From IMG/VR virus record IMGVR_UViG_2675903375_000003, positions 30,557 through 94,556 of that record: 64,000 nucleotides of DNA; one strand, given 5' to 3'. Origin of the DNA: a virus (Duplodnaviria; Caudoviricetes). The notes under the pieces were generated by a model. The model had not been told where the DNA came from, did no database searches, and worked only from the letters and a program-made list of their open reading frames with translations. Shown piece by piece: positions 9,929-19,144 of this stretch. The stretch's first letter is position 1; each line of letters starts with the position of its first letter. Made by a program: the position numbers and the translations under genes.

Positions 9929-10426
9929 TCAGTGGTCGCCGTCGTAGCCGTACATGTCCGGGATGTCGCCGCAGCAGACCGGGCACAGGCACCGGCAGGA
10001 GTCCTCCCGGCCCGTGCACCGGCCTTTCCACATACAGCGCCCGTCCGCGCCCTGGCAGGGATGGACCGGCTCGGGGCAGTCGGCCACGGCCATCTGGTGG
10101 GTCTCGCACCAGGTCCGCATCGCCGTCTCCAACTGGACCTCGCCCCACACGTGCCCGTAGCGGCGGGCGTCCTCCTCCCACGGGCAGCGCGCCTCAACCT
10201 CCTGAGGAGGGCAGGACGGTGCCTGGCCGTCGGGGTAGGTCACCCAGCCGTCCCCTTCAGGGAACGACGACCAGTCCCGGCCGTCGGGTGCGAGCCACGA
10301 CAGCCACTCCCGGGGTCCGTGATCATGGTGGGCGGCGACGCGGCGCCAGACAGTCACGCCGCAGTCGGCACACCGCCCGCCGTACCGATCGCCCTGGAGG
10401 CGGTGCTGGCCGGTGATGTCGGCCAA
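9929..10426 (-). CDS. Cys-rich hypothetical protein
   Basis: GAGGAG RBS; many Cys/His clusters. Confidence 0.6.
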   Translation of the reverse strand: MADITGQHRLQGDRYGGRCADCGVTVWRRVAAHHDHGPREWLSWLAPDGRDWSSFPEGDGWVTYPDGQAPSCPPQEVEARCPWEEDARRYGHVWGEVQLETAMRTWCETHQMAVADCPEPVHPCQGADGRCMWKGRCTGREDSCRCLCPVCCGDIPDMYGYDGDH

Positions 10427-10463
10427 CCTGGCTCGGGTGCCGTTGATGGCGGTGCTCCTCTCT

Positions 10464-10658
10464 CTACAGGCCGGGTATGGGGTCTTGGTCGACGTCGTGC
10501 CGGTCCTGCCCGGTGCGGGCGTCCGGATCGCACTCCGCCCCGAGCTGGCGGCGCCGTGATTCCGGGTCGGTCAGCTCACGGTGGCAGCGGCGGCACCACA
10601 CACGCCGGCGCGCCCCGGGAGGCGTTTCGGTGAGGGCTTCCTGCTGGTGACGGTCCAT
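10464..10658 (-). CDS. Small Zn-finger protein (DUF6011-like)
   Basis: CRRCHRELTDPESRRRQLGAEC pattern. Confidence 0.7.
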   Translation of the reverse strand: MDRHQQEALTETPPGARRRVWCRRCHRELTDPESRRRQLGAECDPDARTGQDRHDVDQDPIPGL

Positions 10659-10787
10659 GAGTTCAGTGTGATCCGGGAAGGGGGCTAGCAGGGTGGTCAG
10701 TTGATCCGTTACGCTGCGCTGTGCGCGCTGAGTGCGCGATCGGCCACCAACCCCGGTCCGGGGCGGTGGCCTTCGTCGTGTGCGAGG

Positions 10788-10997
10788 TCAGGTCTTGGCC
10801 GCTGCTCGGCAGGAGGGGCACCATGCGGCGTCGGAAGGCGGTACGTCCCGCACGGCTCCGGGCAGTGTGATGCCCTCGTCGTCGCTGCACGCGATGGCCT
10901 GGAACTCTTCCACCGGGCGGCCGACGGGCCGGTGGAAGAGGACACGGTCTGTCGTGCTGGCGCTGTTCGATGGGATGCGTTCCTGCACGGCACGCAT
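10788..10997 (-). CDS. Hypothetical protein
   Basis: AGGAG RBS; C-terminal CPSC. Confidence 0.55.
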   Translation of the reverse strand: MRAVQERIPSNSASTTDRVLFHRPVGRPVEEFQAIACSDDEGITLPGAVRDVPPSDAAWCPSCRAAAKT

Positions 10998-11006
10998 GGG
11001 CTTCTC

Positions 11007-11441
11007 CTAAGCGGCGAGGTCGGTCTGGGACTGGATGAGCTTCACTCGGGGACGGTAGTCGGCGTCGTCGGGGTCGCGCTCCAGCTCGAAGTGGACGATG
11101 GCGGTCTCGTTGTCGGCCGGGGCGTCGGCTTCGCGCTCGTACGTGGTCGGCTCGGGCCGGGTGAGGACGAACGCGATCCGGTGTGCGGTGTAGGCGGAGA
11201 TGCGGGAGACGGTGAAGGCGCGCTCGGCGTCGTCGGGGTTCTCGGCGGCGGCGAGGCGGCACATGGCGTGGACGCGGATGTCGCCGGCCTTGGTGGTGCT
11301 GAAGGCGAACGGCTCGATCGTGCGGATCGTGGTGGTGCCGTCCCGGTCGGTGTAGGTGATCGTCATCGCGTGCTGACGGTCGATGGCCCGGTACAGGTCG
11401 GCGATCGTCTTGGTCTGGGTCTGGTTCTTCGTCAGCTTCAC
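11007..11441 (-). CDS. Stand-alone WYL-domain protein
   Basis: GTG start after GAGGGGG; AIDRQHAMTITYTDRDG-TTIRTIEP...HAMCRL...RAFTVSRI WYL signature; no HTH. Confidence 0.8.
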   Translation of the reverse strand: MKLTKNQTQTKTIADLYRAIDRQHAMTITYTDRDGTTTIRTIEPFAFSTTKAGDIRVHAMCRLAAAENPDDAERAFTVSRISAYTAHRIAFVLTRPEPTTYEREADAPADNETAIVHFELERDPDDADYRPRVKLIQSQTDLAA

Positions 11442-11469
11442 GGTGTCCCCCTCGGTGCGGTGTGATCTC

Positions 11470-11577
11470 AGAATACACATGCGCCATTGCGTCCGCAATA
11501 CTCGTGCATGTATGGTGATGTTGTCGGGGTGCGGGAACGCGCCACGATGCGAGGCCATACCGCATGGCGTCCGCAAT
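11470..11577. promoter_or_regulatory. Divergent promoter with two ATTGCG-N2-CGCAAT operators
   Basis: ATTGCGTCCGCAAT 11486-11499 and ATGGCGTCCGCAAT 11564-11577; + strand TTGCGT-18-TATGGT; - strand TTGCGG-17-TATTCT. Confidence 0.7.
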
Positions 11578-11597
11578 GACAGGAAGGAGATACTGGC

Positions 11598-12524
11598 GTG
11601 GCCAACGCCCCCACTACGCGCCCGCCCAACAGGTCCGATCGGCGGGCGCCGAGAGGACACCGCCACATGCCGAGCAGCAGGCCGCCCAGGCCCGTGCGTT
11701 CCGAACTGACTGCCGCGTCCGCGAAGCTCCGCGCACTGCCGGTGCCCGCGCTCGCCGAGGGCCTGGATGCCGTGAAGCTGGCCGACGCCCTGGACGCCGT
11801 GCTGGCGCCGGGCGGCTGGCACGTGCTGGAGCAGACCGATCCAGCGCTGCAGGAGCCCGAGGAGCCGAAGCGCAACATGGCCTTCCCCGTGCTCAAGAGC
11901 ATCCGGGACCAGATCATGGAGGCCGTGGAGGCCGATCCGGAGATGAAGACGGTGACGGCGGCGGTGGAGCACGGGTTCCGTGAGTTCCTGGCCAGCCGGT
12001 TCCGTCCGCTTGCGCCGGAGCCGGGTCTGCCGGCGGTGGTGGAGCAGCGGGTGAACATGAACGTGCGCCCGCGGAACTCGCTGCGTGAGCAGGTTGCGGC
12101 GTCAGGGACGGCTGCGGGCAGGGTGGCGGCCGAATACCTGATGTTCCGGTACCAGTTGGGCCGGTACGCGTCGGGTGCGGAGGCTCGTCTGCCGCGGGGT
12201 GCTCAGCGTCTGCCGGAGGTTCCTCGCCGGGTGCGGGACGAGATCCGTGTCCAGGCGAAGGCCACGGGGTGGCGGGTGGACGACGTGGTGAACGAGGGCC
12301 TGGGGAAGTTCCTGGACGGCTCGTTCGAGGCGGTGGCTCCGGTGTGGTCGGAGGAGGACCGGCGCGACATGGTGCCGCTGTCGATGCATCCGAACACGGA
12401 TCTGTATGAGCGGGTCCAGGGCCGGCGTGCGGAGACCGGGCTTCGGGCGTCGCAGGTGGCGATCGACTATCTGCTGGACCAGTTCGGTATCGAGGCCGGT
12501 GTGCACGCTGACGACGGCGTGTAG
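11598..12524 (+). CDS. DNA-binding protein with four tandem ribbon-helix-helix-like units
   Basis: AGGAAGGAG RBS; four beta-alpha-alpha segments starting NMAFPV, NMNVRP, RLPEVP, PLSMHP. Confidence 0.65.
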   Translation: MANAPTTRPPNRSDRRAPRGHRHMPSSRPPRPVRSELTAASAKLRALPVPALAEGLDAVKLADALDAVLAPGGWHVLEQTDPALQEPEEPKRNMAFPVLKSIRDQIMEAVEADPEMKTVTAAVEHGFREFLASRFRPLAPEPGLPAVVEQRVNMNVRPRNSLREQVAASGTAAGRVAAEYLMFRYQLGRYASGAEARLPRGAQRLPEVPRRVRDEIRVQAKATGWRVDDVVNEGLGKFLDGSFEAVAPVWSEEDRRDMVPLSMHPNTDLYERVQGRRAETGLRASQVAIDYLLDQFGIEAGVHADDGV

Positions 12525-12616
12525 GCGGTAGGGGGCGCGGTCTGGCCTGGACGCCGACAACCCGGCCGGGCCGCGCCTGAGTACAGCATCAACATCACAT
12601 CTCTCTTGGAGACCTC

Positions 12617-13651
12617 ATGGCGCAAGCCGTTGAGGCCCCCGCCACCACTTCGGCGGAGGGCCCCACCCAGCACACCCAAAACCAGGCCGATGGGGGGCTG
12701 GACTTCGTGGACGCGACCCGCCCCGCGACGAATGCTTTCATCGCTCTGACAGGCCCGGCCAACGCCGGAAAGACCTACACCGCCCTGGCCATGGCCACCG
12801 GTATGGGAACGACCATCGGCGTTTGCGACACCGAGCGGGGCCGTGCCAGCCACTACGCTGGCCTGTTCCCTTTCAAGCATCTTCGGATGCCGGACTTCCG
12901 CCCGCAGACCCTTGTTCGGGCTCTGGCAGTGGGGGCGCGGCGCGGCGTCGACGTCATGGTCATCGACTCGGGGACGCACTACTGGTCCGGTCGAGGCGGA
13001 GTCCTGGAGCAGGTCGATCGGACGACGAACGACTCCCGGTCGAAGAACGCGTTCACGTCCGGCTGGAAGTCCATCAAGCCCGTCGAGCACGAGATGTGGG
13101 ACGCGGTCATGGCCTACCCCGGGCACGTCATCATGACGCTCAGGGTGAAGACCGCGTACGAGCTGGTGACGAACAAGAACGGCCAGACGGAGCCGAAGAA
13201 GATCGGTCTGAAGCCGGATCAGCGGGCCGATGCGGAGTACGAGTTCGACTTCGTCGGTGACCTGGACATGGAGCACACGATGACCGTGTCGAAGTGCTCG
13301 TATCCGGGGCTGTTCGAGTCGGGTGAGCGTATCGAGCTGCCGAACACCGAGACCGGAAACAAGATCGTCACGTGGCTGAGTCAGGGTACACCGATGCCCA
13401 CCGTGCAGGACTACGTGAACCGGGCCATGAATCCGGAGGTCACGTATGAGCAGCTGCTCGCCCTGTACCGGGGGGAGCTGTCCCAGCGGGGCCTGCTTGG
13501 CGCGGCTCTGTTCGCCCCGGACACCGGAGAGCAGACGACGCTGGGCGGTCTGATCGCCCGTATCGGCGGTGAGCGTAAGGCTGCCGCCGAGGGCGCGCCA
13601 GCTACGTCGCAGACCGCTCAGGGCGGCGCCCCGGAAAGGAGCGCCGCCTGA
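12617..13651 (+). CDS. Sak4-like AAA ATPase / single-strand annealing protein
   Basis: Walker A GPANAGKT, CDTE, Walker B MVIDSGTHYW, EYEFD motif. Confidence 0.8.
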   Translation: MAQAVEAPATTSAEGPTQHTQNQADGGLDFVDATRPATNAFIALTGPANAGKTYTALAMATGMGTTIGVCDTERGRASHYAGLFPFKHLRMPDFRPQTLVRALAVGARRGVDVMVIDSGTHYWSGRGGVLEQVDRTTNDSRSKNAFTSGWKSIKPVEHEMWDAVMAYPGHVIMTLRVKTAYELVTNKNGQTEPKKIGLKPDQRADAEYEFDFVGDLDMEHTMTVSKCSYPGLFESGERIELPNTETGNKIVTWLSQGTPMPTVQDYVNRAMNPEVTYEQLLALYRGELSQRGLLGAALFAPDTGEQTTLGGLIARIGGERKAAAEGAPATSQTAQGGAPERSAA

Positions 13652-15108
13652 TGTCCGCCTGGTCGCGGTGGGCGCCGCAGCAGAAGGGCATAGTCCTGGA
13701 CCTGTTCGCGGGTCCGGGCGGGTGGTCGGAGGGGTTGCGGCAGTTCCTGGGGCTGCACGATGTGGGTCTGGAGTGGGATGAGGCGGCATGCCGGACACGG
13801 AAGGCTGCCGGGCACCTGACGGTCCGTGTGGACGTCTCCTGCTTCGTCCTGGGCCCGGTTGTCGGCAGGGTGTGGGGGCTGATCGCTTCCCCGCCGTGCA
13901 CGAAGTTCTCCGCCGCCGGTGACGGTTTCGGAAACCGGGTCATGAAGCTGCTCGCAAAGGGCGTCCAGCGGATGATGCGCGGCGATGACTGCCGACAGGA
14001 GATCCGCGACCGGATCTATCCGCTGGCTCTGGCTGAGCAGCGGGAGAAGAACGAGGGCCGCGCGGAGGGGAAGCGGTGGACTGAGGCCCGAGTGCAGTCG
14101 GCCGCCCAGCAGGACACCTTCCTGACCGTGCTGGTGTTGGAGCCGGCCCGCTATCTGTACGCGCTTCTGACCGGCGGCACGGCGGGCGGGGTTCCGCTGG
14201 AGTGGGCGGCGTTCGAGCAGGTTCCGTCGGTGCTGCCGCTGTGGCAGGTGTATGCGATGGAGCTACGCCGGTTCGGCTGGCAGGCGTGGGCTGGGATCCT
14301 GAACGCGGCCGACTACGGGGTGCCGCAGACCCGGAAGCGCGCTGTCCTGGTGGCGTCAGCGGTCCGGAAGGCGGGTCCTCCTGTCGCGTCGCACGCCGAA
14401 CAGGCCGGCGCAGACGACGCCGGATTGTTCGCCGACCCCCGGCGGCCGTGGGTGACGATGGCGCAGGCGCTGGGCTTGAACGGCCGGGAAGTCGTGAACA
14501 CTCGCGGCGACAGGAAGACCCCTGGGGGGAACAACTTCCCGGTCGATGAGCCGTCGTGGGCGCTGACGGAGAAGGCCCGGTCGTGGATTCTGCACACGAA
14601 CCGGAACCAGCAGCCGGACGGAAGCAGGCAGACGACCGACCCGCACACGGCACCGGCACCGGCACTTACCAGCAAATCCGGTGGTCAGTGGGTTCTCCAG
14701 CACAACGCCCGCGCCAACGCCACGGTACGCACGGTCGACGAGCCCGCCGCAACCCTGGCATTCGGACACGCGCGAAACGAGTACGAGTGGAAGCTGCGCA
14801 ATGGCACCCAGGCCAACGCGGCAACACGGGGCCTGGACCAGCCCGCCGGGACGCTGTTCTTCGGTGGCCGCTGCAACGACGTGTCCAGGACACGTCGTTG
14901 CAGCGGCCACCCGGTGGAGGAAACCACGGTGCGCATCACCGTTCCGGAGGCGTCCGTACTTCAGTCGTTCCCCGCCGACTACCCGTGGCAGGGGACCAGG
15001 ACGGCGCAGTTCACGCAGGTGGGGAACGCTGTCCCGCCGCTGATGGCCGCGCACGTGGTCGCTGCCGTAAGCGGGCTGCCGTTCCAGGAATGTCGGGTGG
15101 CGGCATGA
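13651..15108 (+). CDS. C5-cytosine DNA methyltransferase with expanded, repeated variable region
   Basis: DLFAGPGG, SPPC, EQV, YGVPQTRKR, QSFP, QVGNAVPP. Confidence 0.92.
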   Translation: MSAWSRWAPQQKGIVLDLFAGPGGWSEGLRQFLGLHDVGLEWDEAACRTRKAAGHLTVRVDVSCFVLGPVVGRVWGLIASPPCTKFSAAGDGFGNRVMKLLAKGVQRMMRGDDCRQEIRDRIYPLALAEQREKNEGRAEGKRWTEARVQSAAQQDTFLTVLVLEPARYLYALLTGGTAGGVPLEWAAFEQVPSVLPLWQVYAMELRRFGWQAWAGILNAADYGVPQTRKRAVLVASAVRKAGPPVASHAEQAGADDAGLFADPRRPWVTMAQALGLNGREVVNTRGDRKTPGGNNFPVDEPSWALTEKARSWILHTNRNQQPDGSRQTTDPHTAPAPALTSKSGGQWVLQHNARANATVRTVDEPAATLAFGHARNEYEWKLRNGTQANAATRGLDQPAGTLFFGGRCNDVSRTRRCSGHPVEETTVRITVPEASVLQSFPADYPWQGTRTAQFTQVGNAVPPLMAAHVVAAVSGLPFQECRVAA

Positions 15109-16160
15109 CCATGGTGGACTTGTTCGCCGGCCCAGGCGGCCTGGACGTGGGCGCCTCCCGACTGGGCCTGGAGGTGGTCGGGATCGAACGCGACCATGCG
15201 GCATGTGAGACGCGGCGCGCGGCAGGTCTGGGAACGGTGCAAGGCGACGTACGGGCATACGGGCCTGTGGACTTCCCAGAGGCCACCAATCTGGCAGGGT
15301 CGCCTCCATGTCAGCCGTTCTCGGTGGGCGGCAAGGGCGCGGGGCGCAGGGCCCTGGACACGGTCCTGGACCTGGCGCAGCAGCTGGTTGCCCGGCGAAG
15401 CATCGCACTGGCCCTTGATGGCTTCGCCGACGACCGGACGGGTCTGGTGCTGGAGCCGCTGCGGTGGTCCCTCCAGGCGCTGGACGCCGGGCGGCCGTTC
15501 CGGACGGTCGTTCTGGAGCAGGTGTCAACGGTGCTGCCGGTGTGGGATGCCTTCGCCGGGATCCTGCGCGCGGAGGGCTACAGCGCGGTCGCCGGGCGGC
15601 TGTCGGCGGAGGAGTTCGGCGTTCCGCAGACTCGGGTGAGGGCTTTCCTGGTCGCCTCCTTGGACCGTGAGGCCCGACTGCCGGAGCCGACGCACCAGCG
15701 CTACCGGAAGGGTGACCCGCAAGGGCAGGGCGCGCTGGGTCTGCTGCCGTGGGTGTCGATGGCCGACGCGATCGGCTGGGGTATGACCCACCGCCCCGCC
15801 CTCACGATCGCGGTGGGCACGGCCGCTGGCGGTCCGGACCCGTCGTGCGTGGGCGGCTCCGGGGCCCGGGCCACGCTGTACGGAGAGCGTGACGCGGGCC
15901 GCTGGATCGACTGCACCCGCATCGTCGACGCCGCCGACCTGCCCGCCTACAGGGGCGGGCGGCGCGACACGATCCGTCTGTCCGTCCAGGACGCGGCTTT
16001 GCTGCAGTCGTTCCCCGCCGACCATCCGTGGCGTGGAAGCAGGACCAAGCAGCTTGAGCAGATCGGCAACGCGGTGCCGTGCCTGCTGGCTCAGCATGTC
16101 TTCGCGGCTGCTTTCGGTATCCCGGCCCGCGCTGCAGACAAGGGCAGCGCCGCCGCCTGA
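15105..16160 (+). CDS. Second C5-cytosine DNA methyltransferase
   Basis: ATGA overlap; DLFAGPGG, GSPPCQPFS, EQV, FGVPQTRVR, QIGNAVP. Confidence 0.92.
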   Translation: MTMVDLFAGPGGLDVGASRLGLEVVGIERDHAACETRRAAGLGTVQGDVRAYGPVDFPEATNLAGSPPCQPFSVGGKGAGRRALDTVLDLAQQLVARRSIALALDGFADDRTGLVLEPLRWSLQALDAGRPFRTVVLEQVSTVLPVWDAFAGILRAEGYSAVAGRLSAEEFGVPQTRVRAFLVASLDREARLPEPTHQRYRKGDPQGQGALGLLPWVSMADAIGWGMTHRPALTIAVGTAAGGPDPSCVGGSGARATLYGERDAGRWIDCTRIVDAADLPAYRGGRRDTIRLSVQDAALLQSFPADHPWRGSRTKQLEQIGNAVPCLLAQHVFAAAFGIPARAADKGSAAA

Positions 16161-16222
16161 ACCGGGGCGTCTGCCGCACCTCACATCCGTCTCTGGCCTG
16201 CGGGCCGAATCGAGGTCTCGTC

Positions 16223-16507
16223 ATGTCTGAACCCGTGCGCTGGGTGATCCCGGCCATCCTGCTGGTCGCCGTGGCGGGGATCCCGCTGTCGCTGCTGTGG
16301 GAGAAGGCGCGGCCGTCGTCGTACACCGCCCGCGGGGATGCCGTGGGTGCGGATCTCTCGGTGTGGCGGGGTCTGTCCACGGATCAGCAGGCCGCCGCCG
16401 ATGCGTTCGCGCTGGAGGCGCAGGAGTCTGCGGAGGTCGACGCCGAGGATGCGGCGCGGCTTGTGGTGGAGCGGGCTTCGCAGGCCAACGCCCGGTCCCG
16501 CCCCTGA
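16223..16507 (+). CDS. Small membrane-anchored protein
   Basis: GAGG RBS; N-terminal TM helix. Confidence 0.55.
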   Translation: MSEPVRWVIPAILLVAVAGIPLSLLWEKARPSSYTARGDAVGADLSVWRGLSTDQQAAADAFALEAQESAEVDAEDAARLVVERASQANARSRP

Positions 16508-16511
16508 CTTC

Positions 16512-16538
16512 CGGGCCCCGGCGTCTGGCCGGGGCCCG
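16512..16538 (+). terminator. GC hairpin, probable intrinsic terminator
   Basis: CGGGCCCCGGC/GCCGGGGCCCG stem after stop codon. Confidence 0.55.
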
Positions 16539-16592
16539 TTGGTCTTCCCCTGTTCCTTGTCCGTTGTGGTTGCGCTCCGAAGGAGAGTGCCG

Positions 16593-16904
16593 ATGGCTCT
16601 GTGTGTGTGGACCGCCGCGGTGCTTGCCGCGGCGGTTGTCGTTTGTGCGGGCGTTGTCCGGTATCGCCGGCTGGCCCGGGCGTTGGTGCGGGAGCGGGCG
16701 GCGCGTCGGGTGTCGGATGCGTGCCTGCACCGTGACCTGGCCGCGATCCGGCTGGTGGCGGAGGCCGAGCGGGCCCGGGCTGGGGTGTTGCGGGAGGCCG
16801 ATCTGGTGCTGAGTGCGGCGCTGGCGGCGCATGGCCGGGGTGGGCGGATAGCCGACTCCGGGTCTGGTTTCACTGATCCGTTCATGGAGGGGGGCCCGGT
16901 ATGA
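16593..16904 (+). CDS. Membrane-anchored hypothetical protein
   Basis: GAAGGAG RBS; N-terminal TM helix. Confidence 0.55.
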   Translation: MALCVWTAAVLAAAVVVCAGVVRYRRLARALVRERAARRVSDACLHRDLAAIRLVAEAERARAGVLREADLVLSAALAAHGRGGRIADSGSGFTDPFMEGGPV

Positions 16905-17926
16905 CCGGCACCGAGATGACTGACGTGCGTCGCGCGTATGTGGCGTGGACTGAGCACCGTTTTTTCAAGTACCGGGGGTGTGCCCCGGATGTGGACGATC
17001 CGTCGCGGGCGGCTGGGGATCCGGGGCTGTCGTTGGATGCCTGGCATGGTCCGGATGTGGACGGGGGTGAGCCGCAGAAGGAGCGTCGGGCGCGGGAGGC
17101 GGCGGCGAAGGCGGTGTGCGCCAGGTGTCCGGTGTTGGCGGAGTGTGCGGCGTACGCCAGCACGGTGTCGGTGGAGGGGAAGTTGGTGGAGCCGGACGGG
17201 ATTCGGGGTGGGCGTACGGCGTTGGAGCGGCATCGGGCGTTTATTCAGCACAGGCATGAGGTGGCGGAGCCGGCGCCGGCGGTGCGGTTCCAGACGAAGC
17301 AGAAGCAGGATGTGCTGGCGGCGTTGGCGGGCCACTCGGATCCGTGTCGGGTGGCTGAGGTGGCGGGGGTGGATTGGCGGACGGCGTCGTGGCAGCGGTC
17401 GAGGCTGGTGACGCAGCTGAATCTGTGCAAGGTGTCGGCGACGCGGATGCAGGTGCTGGAGGAGGCTGTGGCGCGGGGGCTGTTGGATGGCTCTCTGGTG
17501 GTGGCGGATGACGGGTCGGTGCCTGCGGTGCCGCCGTCGCCGCCCGTGCCGGCCCCCGCGATGGATCCCGCGCTGGAGACTGCGGCACCGGTGGCCGACG
17601 GCCCGGAGCCGGGTGTGGGGCTGCCAGGGAGCTCGGAGGGCGCGGCGGGCCCCCTGCGGCGCGCGCTCGGCCCGTCTGGAGGCCGGGAGGATGCCGCCGG
17701 GGCCGACGGTCCCGTAGCGGCCGACCTGGTTGAGGGAGCGGGCGGGCCTGGCCAGGCCACACCGTATGAGCCGGTCCGGGTGCACTCCCCGCGACGAGAC
17801 CGGTTCGCGGCCGTCCACGGCCAGCTGTCCCTCGACGATGTCCTCGCCGACCTGCCGGGGCCGGTGCGGTCCCGGCAGGCTGTCGTGCTGTTCCCGCACC
17901 CTGTACGTCTGGAGCCGGCCGCATGA
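16901..17926 (+). CDS. WhiB-family (4Fe-4S) regulator with extra HTH-like domain and disordered tail
   Basis: RGC...AKAVCARCPVLAEC...GIRGG. Confidence 0.8.
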   Translation: MTGTEMTDVRRAYVAWTEHRFFKYRGCAPDVDDPSRAAGDPGLSLDAWHGPDVDGGEPQKERRAREAAAKAVCARCPVLAECAAYASTVSVEGKLVEPDGIRGGRTALERHRAFIQHRHEVAEPAPAVRFQTKQKQDVLAALAGHSDPCRVAEVAGVDWRTASWQRSRLVTQLNLCKVSATRMQVLEEAVARGLLDGSLVVADDGSVPAVPPSPPVPAPAMDPALETAAPVADGPEPGVGLPGSSEGAAGPLRRALGPSGGREDAAGADGPVAADLVEGAGGPGQATPYEPVRVHSPRRDRFAAVHGQLSLDDVLADLPGPVRSRQAVVLFPHPVRLEPAA

Positions 17927-18318
17927 CGGCCGCGCCCGAGCCCGCGGTCCTGGACGAGGTCCTGGCCGGGCGTGCGGCGCAGTCGGGCCGGACGCTGGCG
18001 GGTCTGATCCTGGCGGCGGAGCTGGACACGGCGGGCGCGCCCCGGAAGCTGCCCGCGGATCTGTTCCCTGATGTGGATCCGGTGGTGGTGCAGGCGGTGT
18101 GGGATCGGGCGTTGGTGGTGGGGATCCGGGCGGCGCAGTTCCTGGCCGCGCCCCGCTTCCACCGGGATCGGTTGGCTCGGCTTCAGGGGGAGTTGGAGGC
18201 GGCGGCGTTCTCGGCGATGGGCTCGATGGTGGCCGGGGCCCGGTCGGCTGTGGGGTGTCAGGCAGTGCTGTGGGAGGACGAGGGCGGGGAGGTGGGTGGG
18301 CGTGATGGTGGGGTGTGA
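17923..18318 (+). CDS. Hypothetical protein
   Basis: ATGA overlap; GC3-rich frame. Confidence 0.6.
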   Translation: MTAAPEPAVLDEVLAGRAAQSGRTLAGLILAAELDTAGAPRKLPADLFPDVDPVVVQAVWDRALVVGIRAAQFLAAPRFHRDRLARLQGELEAAAFSAMGSMVAGARSAVGCQAVLWEDEGGEVGGRDGGV

Positions 18319-18429
18319 TTTGTCGTACAACCGACACGAGTTGGGAGGCACGGGACAGGTGACCACTGCAACGGGTAGGCTGGTGCCTGCGCCAGACGAC
18401 CACTCAGGATCGGTCCGAGGCTCACAAGC

Positions 18430-18481
18430 AAAGAGAACGGTCCCGCTCCCCTGGCTGGTAACCAGGATCGACGCGGGACCG
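18430..18481. ncRNA. Putative structured RNA / antisense terminator
   Basis: Outer stem CGGTCCCGC/GCGGGACCG enclosing hairpin CCTGG-CTGGTAA-CCAGG; preceded by an A-rich run (U-tail on the - strand). Confidence 0.4.
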
Positions 18482-18660
18482 GTGCCGGAGACAGTTAGCG
18501 ACAACTTCCCGGCGCGGCCAACACACAACTCAGAAGGTGCTGACATGGCTCAGAGTACCCGGGGATTCCCCCGGTCAGACAGTGAGACCCGATTCTCCAC
18601 CGTGAAGATCACACCGGTGTCGAGCGTTTCGGCCACTGTCCCCACTACACACTCCGTCGC

Positions 18661-19104
18661 GTGACCGCCCAGCGCGAGGACATCCTCGCCTGGTTGAGCA
18701 ACGCCATCAGTGAGCGTGAAGAAGCAGGTCGAGCGGCCCTGGCATTCGGGGACGCCTTCGCCGCCGGACGGGAGGCGCCGGACTGCGTCTACGGAACGGG
18801 ACCCGGCGGCCCGTACATGCGCGTGACCGTACCCGGATTCGATGGCCAGACCGAGGCAGCCGTCGCCCACTTCGCTCTCCACAGCCCCGAGTCGGTTCTC
18901 CGCCGCTGCGCCGCCGACCGGAAGCTGCTGGAACTCCACGGCGGGAACATGCACTCCTGCCCAGCCACAGACGAGACCGACTACCTGGACGAGTGGACCC
19001 ACTTCGACTACTCCCAGGCATGCCCGGTCGTTGAACTCCTTGCCGCCAGCTACGGAAGGACGGCAAGGCAGACCCCACCCATTGAGGGAGATCAGGTGAC
19101 TTAG
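18661..19104 (+). CDS. DUF6221-like phage protein
   Basis: HSPESVLRRCAADRKLLELH...CPVVELLAASY pattern. Confidence 0.65.
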   Translation: MTAQREDILAWLSNAISEREEAGRAALAFGDAFAAGREAPDCVYGTGPGGPYMRVTVPGFDGQTEAAVAHFALHSPESVLRRCAADRKLLELHGGNMHSCPATDETDYLDEWTHFDYSQACPVVELLAASYGRTARQTPPIEGDQVT

Positions 19105-19144
19105 CCGATTCCGGCGGGAGATTCCTCGACCGCCTGGCCGCTTT

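Noticed and set aside
13651-16160. Restriction-modification system
   Set aside because: No cognate restriction endonuclease adjacent; treated as orphan methyltransferases.
16181-18403. Long 740-aa reverse ORF and many similar long alternative-frame ORFs (e.g. 2413-4383, 46888-48927, 53211-55169)
   Set aside because: Shadow ORFs of high-GC DNA: Arg/Pro/Gly-rich, no motifs, and overlapping better-supported genes.
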